Shown: in pieces, positions 12,799-26,884 of the stretch
How positions within the stretch are numbered: position 1 is the stretch's first letter
Layout of the letters: every line of letters begins with the position of its first letter
Assembly (NCBI RefSeq): GCF_008831285.2
Contig: NC_045138.2
Coordinates: forward strand, 8,122,001 to 8,186,000
Direction: 5' to 3'
DNA: 64,000 nucleotides
From: Nymphaea colorata
Lineage: Eukaryota
Notes under the pieces: generated by a model
Told to the model about the DNA's origin: nothing
What the model saw: only the letters and a program-made list of their open reading frames with translations
The model's database searches: none
Position numbers and translations under genes: made by a program

Positions 12799-15700
12799 AC
12801 TAGACACTTTCAAATTATATATTATTCTGCACTTTATATCAAAAGTAGGAGATATGGTTATATATATAGAGAGAGATGAGAGAGAGATTTGATGGATTAG
12901 ATGTAAGATTGACCAAAATAGAAACCTTCAAATTATATACTATTCTGCACTTTATATCAAGAGTAGGGGATATGGTTATGATTGTTTTCTCCAACACCTC
13001 ATAAAAATCTCATCCATCAAATCATCTCATCAATCAGATTTGACACTATAAACAATGGACAGTATCATACAAGCTAGATATACCTTGAATGAATGGAAAA
13101 GCTAAGGCGGAGATTTGCTTTTCACGGCCCAACATTATCTCTGTCTACTAGTAGTTGATATATCCACTCGCGTCACTTCAATCGACCTTTCAAGATTTAA
13201 TCCATTATTTAGTTGTCCTTTTAACTATTTTTGGTGGCTCATTTGCTTGTCAAAAATATTCGCATATTAATAGATTTGTATATATGTGTGTGTATACCCA
13301 CATGGGTGCAGCTGGCCAGGAAAGTTAGCAGAGAGACCCAGTGGCCAGATTAATTAGGGAGGCGATGAACCTTACATATTAGTAACTGAAGCGTGTATTA
13401 ATTTACATCATAATGGGCAAGTAATTAATCGGGAAAATGCTCTGCTAGCTGTGGGCAAGGAAGGGGAACCTGAAATTTTGAGAGTGAAATTAAGATTTGT
13501 GTGGAAACATGCACCACTTAGGTCAGCAAGAACAATCCATACAATATCATTTGGATGACAACCTCATAACTCATTTTTGTGCGTATATACTGAGTTTTTA
13601 AAGTTTTTTCTTTTTTGTGTTATATCGAAGATCTGATTTTTTGTGAATAACTTGTTTTATCAAAACTGGTTTTTTCTTAAACCTAGTTTTGATGGCACCC
13701 AAACACTTCTTTTGAACTGTCATTCAAACGCCCGTTAGACTTATTCTTTCACTCATTCTGTAGAAAAATGAAAGCTTCCAGGAGTTGTTCATTTTAACCT
13801 CACAAGCATGGACTCGTTGGCATGTACATGTTCCGATTCATAAAAGATGGAGAATAGGAAAGGGGAAAGGTGACATTGGTGCTCATATAAAAACACAACG
13901 AAAATTAGAAATATATATATATATATATATATATATCGGCTCTCTTAGGTCGATTGTGCATTTCCTAATTGCAGCACACACACACATATATCCCTAACTG
14001 CCGCACATGAAAGCATTAATTATCGCCAACTGACATAGTGAAATTTGATGATCTTTCAAATCAGATTCTACTATTCATCTATCATCTTTACAATCTTACC
14101 AAAAGAGTTTGGCGTACAAGCAGTGAGGGCTATCGAAAGTAGCACAACAGTATGTAATTCTTGTCAGGGATATTTTTCTAGCCATCACCAAAAACAAATT
14201 GAAGCTTTCCAATCACTTTAAATTTATGATTTGAAAATACATGCTCCTTCTTTTCTTCCTACTTCTTGAGATGCTATTGACCTTATTTTTTTCGGTTGAA
14301 AATGAACATGCAGATATCCAGTACATATATAACTTGTCTAATGAAGATCGATCTTAATAAGAATTACCAAAATCCAACTTGTTACGATGATCCAATTCCG
14401 AAAAATGATTTTTTCCTTTACTTGGATTTGATAAGAGAAACTGGATCCAAATTACTATGATCCCTTATCAAGGACCAATTAATATTCTCATTTCTTGCAA
14501 TTCCGATATTTCGGACTCGAAATTTTTATGAGATTAAAATATATCGGGCAGCTGATCGGACTACTAAAAGTCTGGATCCAACCTGAATGTTATCTGTTTA
14601 CATCGCGGTAGACCATGGTTACTACAAGTGCGGTGAAACACATGATTGGTTAATTTTATATATCTATATATAAAATACAGCCAAGAAAAGAGCCAAGGCC
14701 GACATCCTTTCACGCATTTTCAGAGTGTATCAGACCTACTTTTGATGGCTTGGATTGACACATCTGCTATGCTTCTATTTGCATATAGATCGGTCTTTTC
14801 GCTGCAACACAGAAAATTTAATTGTATTGGAGTTTGAAATGGAGACTAGCCGCCTATAGAGCTATGTTAGCTGATGGTATCTACCATAGGAACAAACGCT
14901 TTAAAAAATATGGGAACTCAAAATATTGCCAAAACGTTGAAAATAAAGAAAAAAAAATATCTTCTCTATATTTGACAAGGGGAAAGATTACATTTGGAAA
15001 ACTCGAAAAAGGAATTTCACCATCGAAAATGTTAGTAACAATGGCCTTGGCCAGGCTGCCAACTTTTAAACAATTCAGTTGAATCGATTGAGAAGTATTA
15101 CGATACTAGTTTTTTTTTTAATACAAACTATTGAAAATATAAACCCTTTAAAATATTGTAAAAATAATGAACTAATAAATAGTGTGTGATACATGGCACC
15201 AGTGTATGGGCCATTGAATCAAGCAAAAGAATTCCAATTGGCAGCTGATTTTGAGAACACTGATTTGAAGCATTGGTCTAAGTGATTTGAATTTTGAAGT
15301 GTTCCCATATACCATGCATTAATTGGTGCATAATAAATATTCTAAACTTTCACGGCACTATTTAATCATGTGAAGACTTTTGGTTTCGAAATCTATTGAT
15401 ATCCATGCATTTCGTCAAAACTAAATTGGTGCTTGCGCAAAAAAAGGTTGTGGGCGTAACATCACAGATATCATCAAGAGTCCAGGCTTGTGTCAGGTCA
15501 TTTGACACGTCAATTGGTGAGAGAGAGGAGACCCGCTATTCAACCAGATCGGGTTCAAATTGAAAGTTGATCAAATTTGAACCTGAATTTGGTTGTATAT
15601 GAACATTTATTTACGTTCTGATCTGAATTTGGATTTAAATAAATAATATCCTATACTCAATATCAAATACATTTTGAAATCAGTTGTAGTTAATCACAAT

Positions 15701-16987
15701 GAGGTTTGGTTTCGGTTGTAAATTTAGAAGTTGGATTCAGATTCAGATTCGGTTGTAAATTTGAAAATCAGGTTTGAATCAAACTGGGATTTATAAAAAG
15801 TTAGAAGTCTCATTCAGATAAGGTATATTGTTTTTCCCTCCTTTGAATTCAAATATATGGACATTTAATAAAATAGATATGCAACAAGGTACATCCTTTT
15901 CGAATTTTGAATCCAACCTATTGATGTCCCCATATGGCTCTATAAGGGGGCGGGCTCCTGACTACTTGGAGCAATGCATGATTAATGATACAATATGAAT
16001 GGTTCAAATATTGTTCTAATGATATTCTAGTGTCTGAATTTAGTTTCATCAGTTAACCGATTCAAGTCTGGAACCTTTAAATCGTTTTATTTAGAAAAAA
16101 GAAGGTAGGCCCATTGAGTGATATGAGCTTGTTGGTTTCCTCAGCATCCAAGAAAAAAGAGAAGACTATGGAAGGTCATGATCAACAGCATACTAACTTG
16201 TTAACATTTGAGTCATGTGATCCAACACATGTTTGATCCAATTGTGGGAAATAGTTTCCAAAACAGAATCTTAAGCGCAAAATTTTCCGAGATTTACCAT
16301 CTATTTTTGCAGACCCTTATTCATTGGTTACGCATTTGTCAATTGCTTTAATTTGCACCAAGTTTTTTTTCCATCAGTTTGGCTGATGTCTGTTGGGGAC
16401 TGCTGATATTTTCCAGAAACAAAGAAAGAGATTCTGCCACCCATCAACTTCAGTTCAATGGGTGGATGGCCAAAGAAGCAGATCTTTTCTCTTAGATCTC
16501 AATGTCTAAACCTCCCCACCTCTGTGCCTAACCTGTTAAAAAGAAGTAAGTTAGATTCCCATCGTCATTATCATGTCTGGTCTTGCAATGGCATCCCAAC
16601 AGCGACCCAAATCAGCCTGTTCAGAATTGAGACGATCCTGAAAACTTTACTGTTTCCTGAAATGAATTCCTTTCTCTTGTTCATGCATCCTCTGGGGCAA
16701 TGTAACAGCAGATTAGGTCATTCAACTGTTGGGTCTCTGTGGCATCTTAGTTACGTAATCCTCCTGCATTAAATACATTCGCAATAAAAGTGAATACTTG
16801 TAGTGTATTGAATCCATTGGTTACTTTTTCTGAAGTTTATGTACATGGGGCTATCTGATCTTTCTTAACAATAACATTCCATACATGAGTGCAGATATAA
16901 GGATGTTAATGGATCGGATTTAAATCGAATTCTATGCCACCATATCTGATCTCCCTTAACAATGATGTTTCATACATGAATGAGATA

Positions 16988-17467
16988 TAGGGATTTTAGT
17001 GGATCATATTTGAATCGGATTCTATCCCACTATACATATCTGATTTATTGGATGTTCATATATGTGGATTCAAATTTATATTTCCATTATGAGTAAACAC
17101 AAGTTTGCACCACATTCAAGTCCGTTTTTTAATTTGCAATCCGAATCGAGTATGAATGCGACTTTTACATTTAAATTCCAGTCAGATTTCAAATACTTTT
17201 AAATACACAGTCGAATCCAACTCACATTATAGTACGTTAGGAACTGACCTTCAAAATGAACAGATATGGGGTACAGGGTATCTATTTATTTGAAACTAAA
17301 TTTGAATCTGACTCCAATTGCATGTTTACTTAAAACTGAATATGAATCTGATCATATGTTGTTTTATACATCCATATCCAATTTAGTTTCTTAAGTTGAT
17401 TCTTTTTTTTTTTTCGTATCCAATTCAGTTACACATCCCATTAGAACCAGATCTATTGACATCCCTA
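16988..17467. mobile_element. Ac-type hAT MITE (TAGGGAT..ATCCCTA) with GGATTT/AATCC-type subterminal repeats
   Basis: Starts tagggatt and ends gacatcccta; its 5' end is duplicated at about 16898. Relatives at about 8900-9311, 9890-10420, 15520-15932 and 39100-39300. Confidence 0.7.
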
Positions 17468-19264
17468 ATAATAAGGTTGAGCTTGTGCTCAAAGCTTCCT
17501 AGCGCAGAATCCTTCGAATGACATGCTGTGGTAATTAGTAGCTGCTGAGACCGAAATTCATCGGTTGTTTAATAATAGAAACAGTATCAAACTGTTTCAT
17601 GCATCAGACTTCTAAAGACAATAGTATATTTATGAAACAATTTATTATGATTTTTATTTGCGAAATGATTCTGTTGTGATTGTTTGGTAGCAGAGACATT
17701 CTGTGTGAATCTGTCTTAAAAATTCAAAATATATTCGTAATTTTTAAGATAGATTTTAGTGTTTCATAAACCTACTTGAATTTTTAAGACATATTCATAA
17801 AGACACTCGCAAAACATCCCAACTGCCAACCATGTCCTTGTCCTTAAAAAATGAACAAGCTAATCCAAATCATCTTTAGTTGAATTATAGTAGATTCCTG
17901 AAACAATTTGTTAGCATTCCCACTATAAAATAGCTTGAAAGAGAACAACCAGTCCAGTTCCTCCATTTTGGAACATTAACGTCAATCTACTTAATCATGC
18001 AAGCAAGCATCTCTTCCATCCCTTTTTTGACTAACATGTATGGGCGGGTGACTTTGTGAACGTGAAAGGCCACGACACGAGGACCATTTACTTTGTCCTT
18101 GGCGTCCCGTCTGCAGCACCACCAACTCGTGAAGACGTCATTCTCCTGGTAGTCACATCACCCACCCAAGAGAAGAGACATCATCCATCTTTCCTTCTAC
18201 GCCATTCCCGGTCACCCCACCACTGGGTAACGTGGGTTCCTCCTAGTTTAGATGCTCTGTCTCTAGAACTGTGGTTGTCATTCTTACTTTTACCACCTGC
18301 TGCTCAAGATCATTGCAGTACTACTAATTAGAGGTCCATGAATTGCTCTTCAACCCGATAAGGTTGGTTTTATCTATGGATCGTGTAAAAGAACACAATG
18401 AGATGGTGATCATGAGTTCAGGTATATATAACTTTTTGTGCAACTCATTCTCAAGAAAATCTTTGGCAATATTTTTCTCGGAATTTTTGTGTGAAGTTTT
18501 TTTCCAGGTGAATCTCTCGAAAACATCGAAATTTTTTAAAAATAAATTAAAACAATAAAAGTCATTAAACACCTTTAAAAATCAAGAAAATTGTGGCATA
18601 AATTCAAGAGATTTTTATTGTTTGTGAGATTTTCAAAATCTCACAAGTTCTTTATCATTTTTTTATTTTATTTGATTTTCTTGTAAATGTCATTAGATTT
18701 TCTAAAACCTTGCAAAATGTGTGAGAGTCTGAGACTGCTGTCAAGTTAAGCGTATGAGTTGGTGATGGCTTTTCCTTTCTCTCTAAAGTCACTTTGTTTC
18801 CTAGAGGCAGAACCAAGATTTTTTCTTTTTTTTTTGTGAGGACCCAACAACCAGATAGTTTTTTTGAAAGGCCTTGTGAAATTGACCATGCAAAAAAGTG
18901 TCCATTCTCGATGAACTTTTCTCTAAAGCGTACACAAACATAGCGCAAGAAAGGGACTCTTCCATGCATATTTGCATCTCATTCTCTTTCCTATTTATTT
19001 TCTTTTTCTTGTTGTAGTTAGTTATATAATGATATATGCACATGCAACTGTGTCTCCGCAGTTATATTTTCTAAAATTACTATGCACTCGTATCCACACG
19101 TCTTTCTCGTAGTGGAAACTGAATCTTCCAATATCGCTCCTGCCATCCTCCTTTTGCTCCACCCCTGGCCCCCCTTTCAAAATACCTCTAGAATGAATTC
19201 ATTGTAATAAGCGTGAGGATCTTCTTCCAATGGATGGACTGTGATGATGGTGACCACTAATTGG

Positions 19265-19793
19265 TAGTGCTGCACACTGAGTCGAAAAAGTTTGCTTGGC
19301 TTGTTTCTAAACCAGTCGAGCTTGAGTTCAAGTGTATGCTCAAAATGTTTAATGAGTAGAGTTGGAGTTGTAAGAACTAGACTCCGCTAGACTACATAAT
19401 AAATGTTGAATTATAATGATAAAGTAGTTAAATGAGTAGCAACTAAACAAGTTAACGAGTTAAAAAAACGAGGTATGCATAACACAACTGATTTAAATGA
19501 ATAGATCGTCGTTGTATTGTCGAGTCAAGCTGGAGCTTATTCTATCAAGCTTGAGTGGAGTTCGAATTCGTGTTTTCTAGGTCAGCTTGAGCTCCACTTA
19601 CTTCTTTTTATCACAGGTGGCTTTCTAACCATATATACAAAATATAACCTTTTCATGGTTTCCATTCTTGTAGGGTCAGCTCGACTCATTTCTAGTAATC
19701 TCCAGCCCGACTCGAGCTCGGCACGAGCTTCATAACTTCAACTCGAGCTTGACTCGAGAGACTGTGTTTGAGCTCGAGCTCGACTCGTCAGCT
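19265..19793. mobile_element. GAGCTCG-repeat MITE (probably hAT)
   Basis: Dense gagctcg/ctcgag/cgagt repeats at both ends around an AT-rich core; relatives at about 21748-22170 and 39821-40720. Confidence 0.6.
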
Positions 19794-19869
19794 ATTGTAA
19801 ACTCGTTTATACTGTATGGTCATTGATAAGCACAAAGTGAAGGCTGATACTTATTCATGGTTGACATCA

Positions 19870-21290
19870 TGTAATACCAAGTAAAAAGAAAAAGGGCATA
19901 ATGACTCCGTTGAAATCGCTCTCGAGGACCAAAAATAATCGATTCAAAAGTTGAAAAAGCAAGTGCAAATATTAGCAAGGTCAATAGAACAGAATCCATG
20001 TTGCTCTAGGACAAAAGGTGATGGCAGATTCATGCCCGCCCAAATGTTTTGACGCAGCATCAACGATCTTTTGAATTTGATAGAAGATATGTTGAACGTA
20101 GAGGTCTTTGGATGTTCAAGCCGAGCCCTAAGCAATCCTGGTGAAGCAAGTCAAAGAGCTTGCATGGGGGCGGTGCAGTTCTTCTTCGAAAGTTAGGGTG
20201 AAGTTACGGTAGGCGCTGTCCTTAAGGAGGAGGAGGATTGGAGGCCGTCTAATCATATGTCAAGTGGACGATAAAACAATTGATGGACCCTGACGCTTTT
20301 CTTGATTTGGAGTTCAACTTCATCTTGCACAGGTTTCATCTTTTCAGGCCGCAGCTGAGTAATAGTACTGATTCCCTCTTCTACGATGGATGATCAACTA
20401 GAGGATTAAGTGCAAGAGACCTGTGGAAAATTTGCCGTGCCAAATTCTCAGTTGAGACATGGAAGGAGTTTGTTTGGAATTCTGATGTGCATCTTAAAGG
20501 AATATGATTTACCTATCTGGTTATGAAAGTGACATGCTTTCTATGCTGAAGATGCATCAAAGAATGAGTGTGAATCTAACCACCATCTGTTTAGAGATTT
20601 CAGTTTGGACTTGGAAGCTGGTTTGAAGAAAATTGGGCACTGGTAGCTCCATAGTTGAAGCGTTGAAGCAGTGGTACATCTGCAGTTTCAAGCGAAGCTG
20701 GGTCAATCGCTGCTGGAGGTCTTGTTTTCAGGAAGTAATTTGGTGGATATAGCAATGGCAGAGCAAACAAGTTCGTGGAGTCTTCTCTGGATCTATGGAG
20801 TCTATGGCCGGGCATATTTGGAAGGATTGTATGATAGTCACCGAAAAGGGGTTTTTTTTTGGGGAAAAAACGCAAAAAAAAAAAAAAGTGATAAATTAAA
20901 TGACCGTTTAAAACTTAAAAAAAATAGGTTTTTTGAAAAAAAAACAAGTTTTTTTTTTTAAAAGAACGTTAAAACCCAAAAAAATGTTTTTTCACTTTTT
21001 TCATTTTTTTCAGTTTTTTTAATGCTAAACAGTTTTTTTTATTTTCTATTTTTTATTTGTTGCAAATCTGTTATTAATTTCTCACTTATTTTATTTTTTT
21101 TTCACTCTTAGTTTTTTAAAAATTTTTAAAATTTACCATTTGTTTTTTACTTTTTTAAGTTTACCGTATTATTCTCAAGAAAAAAACTCTGACTATGAAT
21201 TGTATTAACAACTTTGAGGCTCTCCCCCAACGATATGAGATGCTGGGGGAGGGCTGGAGCTTCCCTCTCATTTTGGGGCATTTTTTCCGC
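19870..21290 (+). mobile_element. L1-type LINE 3' fragment (zf-RVT region), degenerate
   Basis: From 20421: LWKICRAKFSVETWKEFVWNSDVHLKGI*FTYLVMK, then ECESNHHLFRD, matching the W..VW...F.(W)L...E...HLF pattern of plant L1 zf-RVT. Boundaries approximate. Confidence 0.65.
20833..21197. mobile_element. hAT MITE with CATAGT-type ends, nested in the LINE fragment
   Basis: gatagtca ... tgactatg; flanks gattgtat / aattgtat (7/8). Reverse-orientation relative of 43928-44321. Confidence 0.8.
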
Positions 21291-22807
21291 AAGAAACCCG
21301 ATTTTCATATCATATCCATCTTACCTTTGTCTTAAGTCCATGTAGTGTGGCTTTTATGTCTCTTGGTACCTGTTTTTTGGTTTGACCTACAGGCTTTTTC
21401 AAAATAATTAGTTGATATTTATTAATATTTTAAATCATTTAGATGATTTTTTATTAATATGGGAATATTGCCCAAGAGAAATATAAGCACATCCACAAAA
21501 TCATATTTGTGATCATCTCATATTGATAAGAGAGTCAAATGGTAATCGATTTTTCGATTGATTAACTAATAAGCCAACCGATGTATGAGTCAACCTTTTT
21601 CATTAATCACGCAAGGACTTAAACGCATGCGTTTATAGTAATATACATGGAATGTGTTTTTCATTATTATTATTAAATCTTTAAATAGATTTTTGAACAC
21701 GAGATCATACACAATCGACAGGAATATACAACGATTTGAATTAATTTGGGCTGGACACGAACTTGCTTCTGTAAGCTCAACTCCTTTAATAAGCGAGTCA
21801 AGCTTTAGCTGGAGTTAAAGCTCTAGTTATAAACCAATCGAGTTTGTGTTACACGATCTCGATTTATTTTAACTCGACTCGGCTCGTGTTTTTTTTCTTT
21901 TTGTTAATTTTTAGGGCCACCTTGATGATTTTGATAAATTTTAATACTTTTTTTTATTTTTGCTTTCATAAGTCAATCTCAAACCGAGTGATATGTGGCT
22001 TAAGTTCGAGCTTGGGCTCGGCCTGAGCTCGAACTCGATCTAACTAAATTTAAAAATATATTTTTAAATAAAAATATTATATAAATATAATTAATAATAA
22101 TAATATATTATAAATATATATAAATTAATAAAAAAATTAAAAACACATTATCAGGTTCGATCGGGTGCCCAAGCTTACCTTCAATATAAATTTTCTGCCT
22201 TCTCCTTTGGTTGTTCATGAGGACGAGGACTAATTATTTTAGGAAAAAAAATCTATAGTTGTGACGGTACGCATTGCTTACAAATTCCAAAGCTTTAATT
22301 TCCTTTCTTTGTCAACCTTTGTCCTTTTTCATTTCAATTTAATTTAGCTTGAGCTCAGGATTCCTCGATGCTTGTGTAAGATTTTTCAAAAAGCGATGGA
22401 GAAAGGGAAAGAAAAAAAGGAAAGGCAACGGTTTTGGCGGCATCATGTGATTAAAGAAATTCACAATTATTTGGATAATATCGTGCATTGATCACTGAAA
22501 GAGAATATATAACAAGATATTGGTTGGTTCGCAATTTCAAAGTCAACAAAGACTTCATTAGTTGTAGATTCACACAAACGAGACAGTGTGAATATTTTGA
22601 TTACAACGACGGAAAATGTTTACGAAAATAACTTAAATCATAATTCTTTGTTCTTTGGCAATAAAATAACGTAATTCATACTAGTTAATAATTTATTGTT
22701 ACTATATATCATGCAGCTTCAACGGAGTACCGTTGATTTTTCTAAATATATGTACTCAAGAAAGAACATATTAACATATGGTTTTAACTCCTTTTTCGAT
22801 CGAAGAT

Positions 22808-22885
<78 letters not shown>

Positions 22886-22887
<2 letters not shown>

Positions 22888-23385
22888 AGTACCAAGAAAA
22901 AACATGAACATTAGAGATAGATTGTTAAATAGCAGACCACTTAGATAAAAGACAAAAACCAGACTCATTAAAATTACATATTGAAGTGGTTTTTTTTAGC
23001 AATCTTACCTTATATATGTGATCTTAACAGTGGTTTGTTGAGAAACATGTATTTAGTCATTTTTGTTAGGAATCAGAAAAAATGAACTGTTGATATCACT
23101 TCAAAGTTTTGATAGTAGAAAAATCAAACATTTTACCGAAATAACATGAACTAAAACATGATTTATATTAAATTAATGTCCATAGATACATGAAGGGGTT
23201 CACATTTTGTTTAAAATATTTTTAACACAAATTTTATTGGTCTGGTTTTTGTCTCTTACATATGTAGTCTGCTATTTAACAATCTATTTCTAAAGTTCGT
23301 GTACCTACCAAATTTGGAGGCTATGTTTCCGTCTAATTGAAGTGTACCAAACACAAAAAACATACATGTTTTTTCTTGGTACTCA
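22886..23385. mobile_element. Foldback/MITE-like element flanked by (TA)n
   Basis: Outer inverted repeat tgagtaccaagaaaaaacatg / catgttttttcttggtactca; inner imperfect arms of about 70 bp (22903-22975 vs 23230-23302); (TA)n on both sides. Confidence 0.75.
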
Positions 23386-23477
23386 TTCATATATATATAT
23401 ATATATATATATAAACTAGAGAAAGCAGTGCACTTTGTTTAGGAATTCACCTGTTCTTAACCTTTCCTTTAATGCTT

Positions 23478-23525
<48 letters not shown>

Positions 23526-23538
23526 TCTTTTCTTGGTA

Positions 23539-23608
<70 letters not shown>

Positions 23609-24856
23609 CTAGAGAAGGCAGTGCACTTTGTTTAGGAATTCACCTGTTCTTAACCTTTCCTTTAATGCTTCGTGTTATTGTTCTCGTGGGTTTAGACAAA
23701 CCCTCACTAGATTATGCCAAAAGATGAGCCTACACTTTTTGTTCTTCACAGCTTGAACGCCTTCAAGTTGAAACTCTATATGTACAAGAAACTCTTTTTA
23801 GTTTTTTCCTTTAAAAATATGTCTTAAATACAACTTTTATAGTGATCAAATTGGAAATAAATTGATTACTATAATATGCAATTTTGCTTATAAAAAAATT
23901 GTTTAAATTAATTATTTTGATTTTCCATTTTAGTAATTGAACTGTAAACATCTAACATGTAATCCATGCGAAATTTTTGAAAAGGACCTACAATATATGG
24001 TCTCAAGCTTCTACTTGGGTTCCTTTCATGGAAGCCGCTCAAGCCTTTGTCTTGAAACAAGAGCATAGAATGTCTTATGTTTGGTGCCTAACATGGGTTG
24101 CGTGTTAGGAGATTAAAATTATTCAAGTGTCCCGATACTCGACGAGGTGGATTAATCCTCCCAAAAATGAAAAAATAAATAAATATTTTTTTATAAAATG
24201 AGCAAAATATCAAAAAAATTTTGAATTATTTTCTAAAAGTAATAAAAATACCCTTCTTCAAGACAGGTACTCATTTGGCAGCATAGACAATTTGTGACCG
24301 TTGCACAAATCTTTTCCAAAAATTAAGTCAGGTTCCTCGAACATTAAAACTATTATTCCATGAACCTGCTCTAATTTTTTTGAAACAAATTTATGAGACT
24401 TTTAAGTATTCTTGTAGTCAAGCAACCTCTTAAAGGGTGTTTGTGTATTTATTTCCAAGTAGATTTGAGATCCTCTTTGCTCTTTATTTTTTTTTTTTTG
24501 GTGGGATCAACAATTTATACCAACAGTATATTTCTATATGAGTGGAAAATATAAATCTTTAATCCACATTAAAAGCTCTTATTTGAGGACTGAAGACACC
24601 CTTAAGAGAAATTACAAACCCATGAGAGTGAAAAGTAAAAGACTGTTACCCCATAAAGTGCCGGATTTCAAAAATACATAAGAGTTCAGGTCAGAATTCG
24701 TGTTTTAGAGGGATTAGAAATATTCCAAAGCTTATGCTAGAAAGGGGCCTTGTAGGGACATGAACGATTTGCTTAGATTAGCATTGACGCTACAAGTCAA
24801 GTCAGATTCCATCATCTTTGCCGTCACTCGTGTCGTTGTTTTCCTTTCTGACCGCA

Positions 24857-24979
<123 letters not shown>

Positions 24980-25320
24980 GCGGTCGCCACTTAGTAACAT
25001 ACTAGCAATAAACACTTGCAAGGTTAACTTAGAGAACTGTTACCTAAAAAAGATAAAGGAGTGTTTGGATGACAATGCATAACTAGATTTTAGAAGTATT
25101 TGGGTGTCATCAAAACTGGATATGAGGAAAATTAAGTTTTGAAAAAACCTGGTTTTGTGGAAATGAGTGAAAACCTGCTCTCCCTTCAAAGTTATTTGAA
25201 AACCAAGTTTTAGGTGTTTCACCAAACAAAAAAAGGTTATTAAAACCTATTGAAAATTTGATTTTTACAAAACTAAGTTTTCACAAAACAGGGTTACATG
25301 AGAGTGTTAACGTCCTTTAA

Positions 25321-25472
25321 GGGGTCCTTTGGTAGTTGGAATACTATGTGAGTGTTTCTTAAATTTATTCCAAACATAAGAGCACATTCATAAAATACTA
25401 GAACTAACTATTTTAATTTTTAGGACAGATACATAAAATACTCACAAAGTATTATGTGTACTAAACGGCCTC
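25321..25472. mobile_element. Tourist (PIF/Harbinger) MITE
   Basis: TAA on both flanks; TIR ggggtcctttggta / tactaaacggcctc. Similar elements at about 17680-17832, 24434-24602, 28712-28924 and 43231-43389. Confidence 0.7.
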
Positions 25473-26722
25473 TAAAGAACCATCTACTAGTAGTAATACA
25501 TTATTATTATCTCACAAAGCTACCAAATAAATGAAGTAGATTTATGACATAAATTTGCCTTATTTTTTGGGGCCAAATGTCATTACTGTCAAACAGCCCC
25601 AAAATTTAATATCTCAAGTTATTTTTTAATTGACTTAATTAAGTAACTTTGAAGTAGTCCGGCTGACCTCAACTTGCTATTAAAAATGGAAAAAAATTAA
25701 AAATCCTTTAGAGCAACCATTTTTAAAATGACAAGAATTATAAATTATTAAATAGGGGAGACGACGGAACCTCCAATGCAGACAAGGTTAGACGAAATTT
25801 TCAAAAACAGACAACAATTGAAAATATATGCATTATTATGCATCCTACTTTTGCAATTGCTAAAAACGTATCTAAATTTTTTCTGGCTAATTAAAGACAT
25901 ATGTTGGAGTTTCAGAAATTTTGAGTTGTGGGTCACTTGCAAATAGTTGAGGGCGGTGATAAGTAAATAAAGAAACTTTGGAGAACTACCTTCCCACACA
26001 AGCCGGCATATATAAAAACTCATTTTCGTAAAAAACGACTAAATTAAAAAATTATTATCTCACCCTTAAAAGAACCACGAGAAATATATCATGTTCAGTT
26101 TTTCTCCTATAACTTTCTATTGTTAATGGGAGAAAAACTACTCATCAGCTATTTTTCACGCTATTGTTGGAGCAGCTAATGGAAACTAATGAATATTAAT
26201 TTTTTTATATTCAAGGTATTTTAATTATTTAATCGCATTAGCACAACTGAAGTTAGTGATACCTTGAGATTAAAATATGAGGTCACGTTTTGTTAAGGTG
26301 TTTTAAAATATTTAAAAAGTGTTCAGCATATTTTTTATATGCACAAATTTCGTAGAATTCTCTCCAAGGTCAGGCCGACGGGTAGGTGCCAAGGCGAGGG
26401 ACGGCAAAGTCAAAGTCAAACATACAAGACTTGACCAAATAGGGGTCCTGTGGGTCCCGCACCCGACGGCCTAGTCGCTGATCCACCCAATGCGCGGAAG
26501 CCTTTCCTCAACCGTCTCTCAACATTAACGAATGGTCAACAGCGTGCTGAAGATTCAAAGTATTACAAGAAGGTGACCACTTTTCATTTTACTGGCTCTC
26601 TTCCATTTTCAAGAATAACATAATTAATAAAGGTACAGAAAAACAAAATGATGTCACCCTTATTTTTTCTCTCACATTGTTGCAACTTGTTTTTTACTGG
26701 CTTTATTCTCTTATTAACAGCT

Positions 26723-26884
<162 letters not shown>

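Larger units (their letters stand above)
10490..17514. repeat. Copy B of an old tandem segmental duplication (longer, extra insertions)
   Basis: Same collinear blocks as copy A in the same orientation, starting directly after copy A ends. Confidence 0.88.
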
